Assembly: GCA_042216675.1 (NCBI GenBank)
Contig: JBDGTS010000012.1
Location: 1 to 27,424 of the forward strand
Direction: 5' to 3'
Length of the DNA: 27,424 nt
From: Halobacteriaceae archaeon
GTDB taxonomy: Archaea; Halobacteriota; Halobacteria; Halobacteriales; Halobacteriaceae
In this document: positions 17,104 to 26,058 of the stretch, piece after piece
Numbering within the stretch: position 1 is the stretch's first letter
Layout of the letters: each line of letters opens with the position of its first letter
Translations under genes and position numbers: made by a program
The notes under the pieces: generated by a model
The model's input: only the letters and a program-made list of their open reading frames with translations
What the model was told of the DNA's origin: nothing
Database searches by the model: none

Positions 17104-18267
17104 ATGGATCCGTGGAGGCGGTGGCGCGCCGTCGGGGTTCGGGTGCCCGTCGCGCTGACGATGGCCGTCGCGGTGCTGTCGCTCGTGACCGGTCTCGTCA
17201 ACATCGGCTCCCAGACGCTCCTGGGCCCCGTCGCCGTCTACGTCCCCGAGGGCGTCCAGCGCGCGGCCGGCTTCACCGGCGCGCTGACCGGGTTCGCGAT
17301 GATGGTCAGCGCGCTCGGTCTCCGTCGGGGGCTCCGCGTCGCGTGGTACGCCGTCATCGTGTTGCTCCCGGTGACGGCCCTGCAAGGTCTCGTGCAGTCC
17401 AGCCCGTTCTCGGTGCCGCTCGTCGTCCTCTCCGTCGTCTCGCTCCCCGCCGTGGCGCTGAGTTACCGGCGTTACGACCGCGAGGTGGAACTCTCGACGG
17501 CGCAGATGGCGGCGGGGATAGCAGTTATTGGGGCACAGGCCTACGGGACAGTCGGAACCTATGCGCTCCGCTCGGAGTTCACGAACGTCCGGACCCTCGG
17601 CGACGCGTTCTACTACACGCTCGTCACGGCCAGCACCGTCGGCTACGGCGACCTCACGCCGACCACGCAGGGCGCGCGGCTGTTCTCGATGTCCGTCATC
17701 GTCGTCGGCACCGCGAGTTTCGCCATCGCCGTCGGGACCCTGCTCGGCCCCCTCATCGAGGCGCGCTTCTCGCAAGCGCTGGGACGCATGACCGCCGCGC
17801 AACTGGAGGTGCTGGAGGACCACATTCTCGTCCTCGGCTACGGGGACCTGACTGAGTCGGTGCTCGACGAACTCGAGGGCGAGGAGTTCATCGTCGTCAC
17901 GCAGGACGAGCGTCACGCCACCGAACTGTCCGACCGGGGAATTCAGGTGTTGACCGCCGACCCCACCGACGAAGACACCCTCCGGCGCGCGAACGTCGCG
18001 GAGGCCCGGGCCGCCCTCGTGGCGACGAACAACGACGCGCAGGACGCTCTCGTGGTGCTGACGGTGCGGGACCTCAGCCCCGACATGCCCATCATCGCGG
18101 CCGCGACGCACCGCGAGAACGTCGCGAAACTCCGCCACGCCGGTGCGGACACCGTCATCAGCCCCGCCGCCATCGGTGGCCGTCTCCTCGCGCAGTCCGT
18201 CCTCGGGGAGGAGGGGATGGAGGACCTCGCCGACAGAGTGCTCGACGAGGCGGGCGGCGGCAGTTAG
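17104..18267 (+). CDS. Kch/MthK-like potassium channel with RCK_N (TrkA-N) domain
   Basis: K+ selectivity filter TASTVGYGD; four extra N-terminal TMs; HILVLGYG Rossmann motif, ADTVISP. Start 17104 is supported by TTTAT at about 17074. Confidence 0.93.
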   Translation: MDPWRRWRAVGVRVPVALTMAVAVLSLVTGLVNIGSQTLLGPVAVYVPEGVQRAAGFTGALTGFAMMVSALGLRRGLRVAWYAVIVLLPVTALQGLVQSSPFSVPLVVLSVVSLPAVALSYRRYDREVELSTAQMAAGIAVIGAQAYGTVGTYALRSEFTNVRTLGDAFYYTLVTASTVGYGDLTPTTQGARLFSMSVIVVGTASFAIAVGTLLGPLIEARFSQALGRMTAAQLEVLEDHILVLGYGDLTESVLDELEGEEFIVVTQDERHATELSDRGIQVLTADPTDEDTLRRANVAEARAALVATNNDAQDALVVLTVRDLSPDMPIIAAATHRENVAKLRHAGADTVISPAAIGGRLLAQSVLGEEGMEDLADRVLDEAGGGS

Positions 18268-19679
18268 GCCCGGTGGACGACGGCCACGTCCGCTTCGATG
18301 CCGCCGATGCGCTCGTAGGTGGGCCGCGAGAGCAGTCGCGACGCGGCCGTCCGGTCGGTGGATGCGCCCAGAAACACCACGTCGTAGTTCTGGGCGTTCC
18401 GGTCGAGGAACGACTCGATGCTCGACCGCGAGACGCGCGTCTCACAGCCCACGTCGACGGGTTCCACGAGGTTCGCCAGCATCGTCTCCGCACGGCGGCG
18501 CTCGCGCTCGCTGTCGATGCAGGTGCAGACGCTCACGCCCCCCGTCGGGCCGGCGAGTCGCTCCGCGTAGTCTATCATCGCGTGGGCGCCGTCGCTGGCC
18601 CGCCGAACCGGGACGAGGCTGTGCCGCCAGCGGGTCCGCTCCGACTGCGGGCGGAACCCGACCACGTCCACGTCGCCCTGAAACAGGCGGCGGACGAATC
18701 CAGCGTCCTCGCTCGTTGGCCCCTCGAAGGGCGCCACCACGAGGTCACAGTTCGCCTCACGGGTCGCGTGGAGCGTCGTCGCCGCGGCGTCCCCGTCGTC
18801 GGCCGTCACCAGCACTTCGCAGGGAACACCCACCTTCGTCTCGATGCGGTGGGCCTCGGCCTCGAGCCGCGACGCCGCCTCGTCTACGGCCGCGGACACT
18901 CCCTCGCCGGCGGTGCCCTCGCCGTCGGAGAGCGCCGCCCGCTCGGCCTGTGCCACGTCCTCGTCGCCGACCACGTCGAGCAGAACCACCTTCGCGGCGT
19001 CGTGGGCGGCCGCGATGCGGGCCCCGAACATCGCCGCGGTGCTGGCGCGGTCCCCGCGCATCGGCACCAACACGTGGTCGTCGGACTGGGTGGTGCCGTA
19101 GAGATACTTGGCGCGTCGGTCGTAGAACTCCTCGCGCCAGACGAGGAAGACGCCGGCGACCAGAAGCGACGCGAGGGCCACGCTGACGACGTACGCGAAC
19201 TGAGAGGTGCCGGCGAACAGGACCAAGAGCGCCGTCGAGAACGCCGTCGGAAGCTCCACCGACAGCGCCCACGTCACGACGGCGGTCAGAAACACGCTCA
19301 GCGCCGCCGCGCCCGCGTGGACCCCCAGTGCGGACGGCTGGACGTGGTAGAGGAAGCGCGCCGACGTCTCGATTGCGGCCCAGCCACACAGCGCCCCGGT
19401 CGTGAGGCCGCCGACGAAGCGGCGCGGCGAGGAGTAGCGCCCCTCGGGGTCGGCGAAGAGCGTGTACGTCCCCGACGCGAGGGGCGGGAAGAGCAGGAAA
19501 GAGAGTTGGGTGAGACTCCGAGAGAGGACCGTCACCAGTCCGATGAGCAGCGGGACGAAGAGGACGACGGAGACGCGGGTGAGGTTGCTCGTCGTCTCCA
19601 GCCACGCCCTGAACTCGTGGAGTTCCCGTCGCTCGACGCGCCGCGCGCGTCGGAGCAGTGTCCGGAGTCGACCCGCCAT
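18264..19679 (-). CDS. HPP-family membrane domain fused to two universal-stress-protein-like domains
   Basis: LLFPPLASGTYTLF..P....SSPRRFVGG; HVLVPMRG...CDLVVAP and SLVPVRR...YDVVFLGAS..DVAVVH USP-like patterns. Start at ATG 19679. Confidence 0.85.
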   Translation of the reverse strand: MAGRLRTLLRRARRVERRELHEFRAWLETTSNLTRVSVVLFVPLLIGLVTVLSRSLTQLSFLLFPPLASGTYTLFADPEGRYSSPRRFVGGLTTGALCGWAAIETSARFLYHVQPSALGVHAGAAALSVFLTAVVTWALSVELPTAFSTALLVLFAGTSQFAYVVSVALASLLVAGVFLVWREEFYDRRAKYLYGTTQSDDHVLVPMRGDRASTAAMFGARIAAAHDAAKVVLLDVVGDEDVAQAERAALSDGEGTAGEGVSAAVDEAASRLEAEAHRIETKVGVPCEVLVTADDGDAAATTLHATREANCDLVVAPFEGPTSEDAGFVRRLFQGDVDVVGFRPQSERTRWRHSLVPVRRASDGAHAMIDYAERLAGPTGGVSVCTCIDSERERRRAETMLANLVEPVDVGCETRVSRSSIESFLDRNAQNYDVVFLGASTDRTAASRLLSRPTYERIGGIEADVAVVHRA

Positions 19680-19719
19680 CTCAGGGGAGTTCGGCCCCCC
19701 CTCGTTTCGTCCTTTCGGC

Positions 19720-20451
19720 TCAGTCGTTCGCCAGCGACACCGCGGCGTCCAGTGCCACGTCGATGGCGCGGCCGACGTTGTTCTTGGCCTTCGGCGGCAG
19801 TTCGTCACCGCCCTCGCCCTTCTGGGCCCCGGTGACGAGGTTGCCGTCGACGGTGACGATGGCGCCCGCGCGCAGGCCCCTCCGCCGGGCGAGGGTGTTG
19901 ATGGCCGCCGCCTCCATCTCGACGGCGAGCAGCCCCGACGCCTCCCACTCGGCGACGTAGTCCTCCGTCTCGGCGTAGAAGGCGTCGTCGGTGACGACGG
20001 GGCCGACGTGGACGACTTCCTCGCGGGTCGCGGCGGCGTCCCGGAGTGCGCCGACGACGCCGTAGTCCGCGACGGCCGGCACCGACACGTCCTCGTAGCG
20101 CTTCGTCGTCCCCTCGTTCTTCGCGGCGGCGGTGGCGACGACCATGTCGCCGATTTCGAGGTGCGACTGGAGCGCCCCCGTCGTGCCCACGCGGAGGAAC
20201 GTCTCGACGCCGACGTTCGCGAGTTCCTCCACCGCGATGGCCGCGGAGGGGGAGCCGATTCCCGTCGAGCAGACGGTGAGCGGGACGCCCTCGTAGGTGG
20301 CGTTCACGACCTTGAACTCGCGGTTGTGCGCGACGACCTCGGACTCCTCACAGTGGCTTGCGATGCGGTCCACGCGGCCCGGGTCGCCGGGCATCAGCGC
20401 GACCGGATTCACGTCGCCGGGTTCGACCTGCAGATGTGGCTGTGTCGCCAT
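19720..20451 (-). CDS. udp: Nucleoside phosphorylase (uridine phosphorylase / PNP_UDP family)
   Basis: QPHL, PGDPGRV, REF, STGIGSPSAAIAVEEL, RVGTTGAL, DAFY, AVEMEAA. Exact substrate not determinable. Confidence 0.88.
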   Translation of the reverse strand: MATQPHLQVEPGDVNPVALMPGDPGRVDRIASHCEESEVVAHNREFKVVNATYEGVPLTVCSTGIGSPSAAIAVEELANVGVETFLRVGTTGALQSHLEIGDMVVATAAAKNEGTTKRYEDVSVPAVADYGVVGALRDAAATREEVVHVGPVVTDDAFYAETEDYVAEWEASGLLAVEMEAAAINTLARRRGLRAGAIVTVDGNLVTGAQKGEGGDELPPKAKNNVGRAIDVALDAAVSLAND

Positions 20452-20502
20452 GGCCGCGCTTCTCGGAGCGCCGGGAAAAACCTCCCGTCACCCCGCCGCT
20501 GG

Positions 20503-20802
20503 TCACTCCGGCGGTGGGGTGTCGACGCCGCCCGCGAGCGTCCGGCGCTCCCACTCCCGGCGGGCAACGAGTTCTCGCTCGCCGCGCCGGGTCAGCGAGT
20601 AGTAGTTCGTCCGGTCGTCGAGTTTTCCCTTCTCGACGAGGCCCTTGTCCACGAGTTCGTCGAGGTTGGGGTAGAGCCGACCGTGGTGTACCTCACCAGT
20701 GTGGTACGTCTCCAGTTCCTTCTTGAGTGCGAGGCCGCTGGGCTCGTCGCGGGCCGCGATGACGTACAGCAGGTCCCGCTGAAACGCGTTCAGGTCATGC
20801 AT
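20503..20802 (-). CDS. PadR-family (RosR-like) winged-helix regulator
   Basis: DLNAFQRDLLYVI, GLALKKELE, HHGRLYPNLDELVDKGLVEKG..D.RTNYYSLT. Start at ATG 20802. Confidence 0.92.
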   Translation of the reverse strand: MHDLNAFQRDLLYVIAARDEPSGLALKKELETYHTGEVHHGRLYPNLDELVDKGLVEKGKLDDRTNYYSLTRRGERELVARREWERRTLAGGVDTPPPE

Positions 20803-20974
20803 CCCAATATTCCGATAGTACACTAAGCCACTTAATAATGATTATAAAATACTTCTCTCAAACTAGAATGAGAATGAATGATTGGGGGAGAAGGGGAGTA
20901 ACAAACTGGCCCAGCGACCGAATGGTGTCGGTGAATGTCTATTTGTGGACAGATGTGGGCCGAAGAACTTCGCT

Positions 20975-21784
20975 TCATCCGACAATCGCGAACAGGACGA
21001 CGTTGTGTGCGCCCGGCCCGAGGCCCACGGCGGCGAGCAGAGCGAGGAGCAGATTCGCGGGCGTCGGCTCCTCACGCACGTACTCCGTGAAGAGGACGAC
21101 GAGGCCCGCCGCCAGCGCCGCCTTCACGACGATGAACAGCCACGCGCCCCCGACGTAGGGCGCGGCGGGGAGCGCCGACCCGGCTTCGATGACGGCCCGC
21201 GAGAGCGGCGTCTGCTCGGCGACGCCGAGGTGGCCGACGCCCACAGCGGTCGAGACGGCGTCGAGAGTGTGGCCGACGACGACCAGTAGGCCCGCGGCGC
21301 CCGTCGTCCCCGTCGCGGCCGGCCGGATGCGGTCGAGGGCGACCCAGACGGAACCGGCCAGTGCCGCCGTCGCCAGCACCGACGCTACCGAGGGCCACGG
21401 CCGGAGCGACCCCTGCTCGACGCCCCACCAGACTGCGGCGGCCGACGCCGCCAGCGCCGCCCCGGTGCCGACGGCCGCCAGCGTTCGCGGAACGGGCATC
21501 CGCGTCCGTCGGGCCGCGAGCCACGTCGTGCCCGCGGCGACGCCAGTCGTCACGTACACCGTCGGCGACCCCAAGAACGGCGCGAGAGGGCCGGCGACGG
21601 CTCCGACCTGCGACAACACGTACAGGGCCGCACCGGTGACCATCCACGGCGCCAGTGCGACGACGTGCGTCGATTCCACGCGAGGCCGGGCGCGGTACAG
21701 CGTCGCGCCCACCGCGGCGGCGGCGAACGCGACGACGACGCCGTGGAGGAGTGGCGGGAGTTGGGTGCCCGAGGGGAGAACCAT
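20975..21784 (-). CDS. DUF63-like multi-pass membrane protein
   Basis: ALAPWMVTG, SPTVYV, GHTLDAVSTAVG, EQTPLSR, VKAALA, GLGPGAHN. Start at ATG 21784. Confidence 0.82.
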   Translation of the reverse strand: MVLPSGTQLPPLLHGVVVAFAAAAVGATLYRARPRVESTHVVALAPWMVTGAALYVLSQVGAVAGPLAPFLGSPTVYVTTGVAAGTTWLAARRTRMPVPRTLAAVGTGAALAASAAAVWWGVEQGSLRPWPSVASVLATAALAGSVWVALDRIRPAATGTTGAAGLLVVVGHTLDAVSTAVGVGHLGVAEQTPLSRAVIEAGSALPAAPYVGGAWLFIVVKAALAAGLVVLFTEYVREEPTPANLLLALLAAVGLGPGAHNVVLFAIVG

Positions 21785-21887
21785 GACGGGGTGAGGCGGC
21801 GGGGGCGCCGAAAGCGTTCCGGTCGTCGCAGAGGCGGGCCGGGAGCGACGCGTTTTTGGCCGCCGCAGCGGTACTCTCCGTGACCGC

Positions 21888-23174
21888 ATGGCCCGGTATC
21901 ACATCGAGACGTACGGCTGTACGTCGAACCGTGGCGAGAGCCGCGCCATCGAGCGCGCGCTGCGCGACGGCGGCCACCATCCCGCGCCGGGCCCCGAGGA
22001 CGCCGACGTGGCCATCCTCAACACCTGCACCGTCGTCGAGAAGACGGAGGACAACATGCTCCGCCGGGCGAAGGAACTCGACGAGGAGACGCCCGCTGAC
22101 CTCGTCGTCACCGGCTGTATGGCGCTCGCGCAGGGCGACGAGTTCGCCGAGGCCGGCGTCGACGCGGAGGTCCTCCACTGGGACGACGTGCCCCAGTACG
22201 TCCGCAACGGCGAGTGCCCGACGACGACGCCCGACGCCGACCCGGTGCTGGACGGCGTCGTCGGCATCCTCCCGATCGCTCGCGGCTGTATGTCCGACTG
22301 CTCGTACTGCATCACGAAGCAGGCCACCGGCCGCATCGACTCGCCGCCCGTGGCGGAGAACGTCGAGAAGGCACGTGCGCTCGTCCACGCCGGCGCAACG
22401 GAGATTCGCATCACCGGGCAGGACACCGGCGTCTACGGCTGGGACACGAATCAGGGCGAGAGCCTCCTCCCCGAACTGCTCGACCGCATCTGCGACATCG
22501 AGGGCGACTTCCGGGTCCGCGTCGGCATGGCGAACCCGAAGGGCGTCCACGGCGTCCGCGAGGAGTTGGCCGACGTGTTCGCCCGCAACGACGAACTGTA
22601 CAACTTCCTCCACGCGCCGGTCCAGTCCGGGTCCGACGACGTGTTGGCGGACATGCGCCGCCAGCACCGCGTCGACGAGTTCCGCGAGGTCGTCGACGCC
22701 TTCGACGCCCGCTTGGACGAGTGGACGCTGGCGACGGACTTCATCGTCGGCTTCCCCACCGAGGACGGGGACGACTTCCAGCAGAGCATGGAACTGCTCG
22801 CCGAGGTGCGCCCGGAGCGCATCAACGTCACCCGGTTCTCGAAGCGGCCGAACACCGACGCCGCCGAGATGGACGGCCTCGGCGGGCAGACGAAGAAGGA
22901 CCGCTCGACGGCGATGAGCGACCTGAAGATGGACGTGGTGGGCGAGGCGTACGACTCGCTCGTCGGCGAGACCCGGACCGTGCTGGTCGTCGCGGAGGGC
23001 ACCGGCGATTCGGTGAAGTGCCGCGACGGCGCCTACCACCAGATAATCGTCCGGAACGCCGCCGAACGCGGCCTCGAACCCGGCGACTTCTGCACCGTCG
23101 AGGTCACCGACCACAACACCGTCTACGCGTTCGGCGACCCCGTGGCCGTCACTCCGACTCGTACGCCGCAGTGA
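21888..23174 (+). CDS. mtaB: Radical SAM tRNA methylthiotransferase (archaeal MtaB/CDKAL1 type, t6A37 to ms2t6A)
   Basis: UPF0004 domain (ETYGCTSN, LNTCTV, VTGCM), CMSDCSYC radical SAM motif, HAPVQSGSD, DFIVGFPTE, C-terminal TRAM domain. Confidence 0.9.
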   Translation: MARYHIETYGCTSNRGESRAIERALRDGGHHPAPGPEDADVAILNTCTVVEKTEDNMLRRAKELDEETPADLVVTGCMALAQGDEFAEAGVDAEVLHWDDVPQYVRNGECPTTTPDADPVLDGVVGILPIARGCMSDCSYCITKQATGRIDSPPVAENVEKARALVHAGATEIRITGQDTGVYGWDTNQGESLLPELLDRICDIEGDFRVRVGMANPKGVHGVREELADVFARNDELYNFLHAPVQSGSDDVLADMRRQHRVDEFREVVDAFDARLDEWTLATDFIVGFPTEDGDDFQQSMELLAEVRPERINVTRFSKRPNTDAAEMDGLGGQTKKDRSTAMSDLKMDVVGEAYDSLVGETRTVLVVAEGTGDSVKCRDGAYHQIIVRNAAERGLEPGDFCTVEVTDHNTVYAFGDPVAVTPTRTPQ

Positions 23175-24105
23175 TGCGCTCGCGCTGGTCGTCGGCGAGT
23201 TCGACCTCCACGGCGCCGACGTTCTCCTCCAGTTGCTCGACGCTCCGCGCCCCCACGATCGGGACGCAGGTGTAGTCCGGGCGGTCCATCAGCCATCGGA
23301 GCGACACCTGCGCGGGCGTGGCGTCCACCTCGTCGGCCACCGCGCGCACCGCGTCGAGGGCGTCCCACGCCCGTTCGTCGAGGTGGTCGAACCAGCCTTC
23401 GAGGTCCGCGCGGGACCCCTCGGGTGCCTCGCCCTCTCGCTCGTACTTGCCGGTGAGGAACCCCCCTTCCAGCGGCGAGTACGGACAGACGGCGAGGTCC
23501 TGGTCGGCGCACACGTCGAGGAACGGCTGGGTCGGTTCCCGGTAGGCCGCGTTGAACCGCGGTTGGGTCACGTCGAAGCGTTCGAGCCCCTCGCGGTCGC
23601 TGGTCCAGAGCGCCTTCGTCAGCTTCCACGCCGCCATCTTCGAGGCACCGAGGTAGTGGACCTTCCCGTCACGCACGAGGTCCTCCAGCGTGCGCAGTGT
23701 CTCCTCGATGGGCGTCTCGTCGTCCCAGCGGTGGATGTAGTAGAGGTCCAGATAGTCCGTGTCGAGGCGGTCCAGCGTCCCCTCGATTTCCGCGCGGATG
23801 TTCTTGCGCGAGAGGTTGCTCTCGAATCGGCTCTCGGCCGCGCCGTACACCTTCGAGGCGATGACGTAGTCCTCTCGGTCGTGGCTCTGGAGCCACTCAC
23901 CGATCCAGCGCTCGCTCTTCGTCGCGCCGTAGATGTTGGCGGTGTCGATGAAGTTGCCGCCGTTCTCCGCGAACGCGTCCAGCAGTTCGTGGGCCTCCTC
24001 GCGGGTCGTCTCCACGGTGTCGTCGCTCTCTTTGCCGAAGCGCCACGTCCCGAAGCAAAGCTGTGAGACTTGCAGTCCGGTGTCGCCGAGGCTGACGTAC
24101 TCCAT
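23149..24105 (-). CDS. Aldo/keto reductase
   Basis: LGDTGLQVSQLCFGT, FIDTANIYG, IASKV, LDLYYIHRWD, PYSPLEGGFLTGKY, PIVGARSVEQLEEN (D-Y-K-H tetrad). Confidence 0.95.
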   Translation of the reverse strand: MEYVSLGDTGLQVSQLCFGTWRFGKESDDTVETTREEAHELLDAFAENGGNFIDTANIYGATKSERWIGEWLQSHDREDYVIASKVYGAAESRFESNLSRKNIRAEIEGTLDRLDTDYLDLYYIHRWDDETPIEETLRTLEDLVRDGKVHYLGASKMAAWKLTKALWTSDREGLERFDVTQPRFNAAYREPTQPFLDVCADQDLAVCPYSPLEGGFLTGKYEREGEAPEGSRADLEGWFDHLDERAWDALDAVRAVADEVDATPAQVSLRWLMDRPDYTCVPIVGARSVEQLEENVGAVEVELADDQRERITAAYESE

Positions 24106-24144
24106 GCCGTAACTCGACGAGGCGCCCCCTTAGACGTACCGCCC

Positions 24145-24687
24145 TCACAGACGGATTGCCGCATCTGCGCCGACGCGGGTCGCCCCGTCGAGTTCCGCGA
24201 ACGCGGTGTGAAGCCGGTCGTACGTGTCGTCTAAGGCCTCGACGATGACTTTCGTGTCCGAGATGACCGGCATGAAGTTCGTGTCGCCCTCCCACCGCGG
24301 CACGACGTGCGTGTGGACGTGGTCGGTCACGGACCCACCGCTGGGTCCGCCGCCGAGGTTGAGGCCCGCGTTGAACGCGTCCGGGTCGAAGGCGCCCTCT
24401 AGCGCCCGGAACGTCTGCTGTTTGAGGCGGGCGTGGTCACACAGAACGTCGTCGGCCAATTCCGTGTAGTCGCCGCCGTGTGGGTCCGGAATCACCAGAC
24501 AGTGGCCCGGATTGTACGGGTAGTTGTTCAACAGGACGTAGGTGTGGTCGCTGCGGGCGACGATGCGATGCTCGCGGTCCGCATCCTGCCCGGGGAGGTC
24601 ACAGAACACACACCGGTCGTCGCCGTCGCCGGTCTCGTCCTCGCGTTCGACCCACTCGATGCGCCACGGTGCGAACACCTGGTCCAT
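24145..24687 (-). CDS. HIT family nucleotide hydrolase/phosphorylase
   Basis: FAPWR, CVFC, LNNYPYNPGH, FNAGLNLG, HVHTHVVPRW histidine triad, DTNFMPV. Confidence 0.93.
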   Translation of the reverse strand: MDQVFAPWRIEWVEREDETGDGDDRCVFCDLPGQDADREHRIVARSDHTYVLLNNYPYNPGHCLVIPDPHGGDYTELADDVLCDHARLKQQTFRALEGAFDPDAFNAGLNLGGGPSGGSVTDHVHTHVVPRWEGDTNFMPVISDTKVIVEALDDTYDRLHTAFAELDGATRVGADAAIRL

Positions 24688-24848
24688 GGCGGTGGGTCGG
24701 TCCGCGGACCGTTAAACTTCTGGCCGCGTGGCCGACGACCGTCAGACAATCGGCAGACGGCGAGCGGGTAAACTCGGATTGATTGGCCTAAATTGCACCC
24801 TATTTGGTGCCTGTTTTATAGTGGGGCAGTTCGTAGACGGAAGCGAGC

Positions 24849-25049
24849 ATGGCGACCAAGCGCACGGAATTCGACGAAATGGCGGAGCGCTGCGAGAACT
24901 GCGCGCGCGACACGCCGCACTCGGTGTCTATCGAACTCAAAACCGAGAGCGCGACGACGGAGAACGCGGAGTTCTCGCGGGAGCCGTACCGGGTCAGCGA
25001 GTGCGACGTGTGTGGCGAGCGCTCGGTCCAGCGGATGAACAACGCCTAA
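24849..25049 (+). CDS. Small zinc-ribbon protein (two CxxC)
   Basis: 66 aa with CENC and CDVC; TTTTATA box at about 24814-24820; stop overlaps the map stop. Confidence 0.8.
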   Translation: MATKRTEFDEMAERCENCARDTPHSVSIELKTESATTENAEFSREPYRVSECDVCGERSVQRMNNA

Positions 25050-25936
25050 CGGGTCGTAATCTCACAGCCGTCTTCGGTGACGATGAGCGTGTGTTCGGCC
25101 TGACTCACCAGTTCGCCGTCGTCTTCCTTCAACACCGGATAGCTACGGAGCACGCCCTGCTGTTCGAGGCGGCGGATCGACATCTCCGCACGGCCGCCGT
25201 CGAACCAGCGCTTCGCGAACGGCAGTTCGCGGTACTCCTCTCTGATCGTCTCCAGCACCTGCCGCGCGCCGCGGTTTCTTACGTTCCGGTCCTCGACGAG
25301 CGAGTAGATTTCCGTCTTCGTCCCCTCCTGCACCTTCCCGGTGCCCGTCGTGGCGAACGGTTCGATGGCGACGACGTCGCCGGCCTGCAGTTCCGTGCCC
25401 GTCTCCAGCCCACGGTTCGGGACGTTCGGTCCGGTGTGGGCGTCCCAGTGCGCGAGGCCGTGGCCCGTGAGGTTGACAATCGGCTGGTAGCCGTACTCGT
25501 CGATTGTCGAGCCGATTTCGGCGCCGACTTCGCCGGTGTGGACGCCCGGTTCGACGGCGTCGAGAGCCGCGTCGAGGGCCGCCTCGGCCGCCTCGACGAG
25601 TTCGGGGTTCCCCGAGAGGTCCACCGTCACCGCCGCGTCCGCGATCCAGCCGTCGACGTGGACGCCCACGTCGAGACAGACCATCTGCTCACCGAAGGTG
25701 GCGTCGCTGTCGGCGCCCGGCGAGGCGTGTGACGCCTCCTCGTCGACGCTGATGTTCACGGGGAACGCGGGTTCGCCGCCGAGTTCCTCGATGCGGTCCT
25801 CTGCGAACTCCGCCACGTCGAGTTGCGACGCGCCGACTTCCACGCGTTCGGCCGCCTCCTCGCGCACCGTCGCGAGGATGTCGCCCGCCTCGCGGAGCGA
25901 CTCGTGGGCCTCGCCGTCGAGTTCGATGTTTGCCAT
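25046..25936 (-). CDS. map: Methionine aminopeptidase type II
   Basis: AFPVNIS....SHASP, DVGVHVDGWIADAAVT, NLTGHGL, AIEPFAT, type II helical insert, VSQAEHT; AAGGAG upstream. Confidence 0.96.
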   Translation of the reverse strand: MANIELDGEAHESLREAGDILATVREEAAERVEVGASQLDVAEFAEDRIEELGGEPAFPVNISVDEEASHASPGADSDATFGEQMVCLDVGVHVDGWIADAAVTVDLSGNPELVEAAEAALDAALDAVEPGVHTGEVGAEIGSTIDEYGYQPIVNLTGHGLAHWDAHTGPNVPNRGLETGTELQAGDVVAIEPFATTGTGKVQEGTKTEIYSLVEDRNVRNRGARQVLETIREEYRELPFAKRWFDGGRAEMSIRRLEQQGVLRSYPVLKEDDGELVSQAEHTLIVTEDGCEITTR

Positions 25937-26058
25937 GGTGTCTCCTTCGCCGAGACGCAGTTAGTGGTTGCGGGTCGGCCCCGGAACCCGCAACGGTCCC
26001 CGCCGAGAGCGAAAGGACAGTTCTTATACGCCGGTACGCTCCACAGTTCAACATCAGT

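Noticed and set aside
20838-21158. ORFs in or across the AT-rich region (20838-21158, 20863-21075, 20882-21289)
   Set aside because: Atypical composition and overlap with the DUF63-like gene; better explained as promoter DNA.
23149-23174. 26-bp 3' overlap of mtaB and the aldo/keto reductase, plus other short convergent overlaps
   Set aside because: Common in compact high-GC haloarchaeal genomes; no sign of special function.
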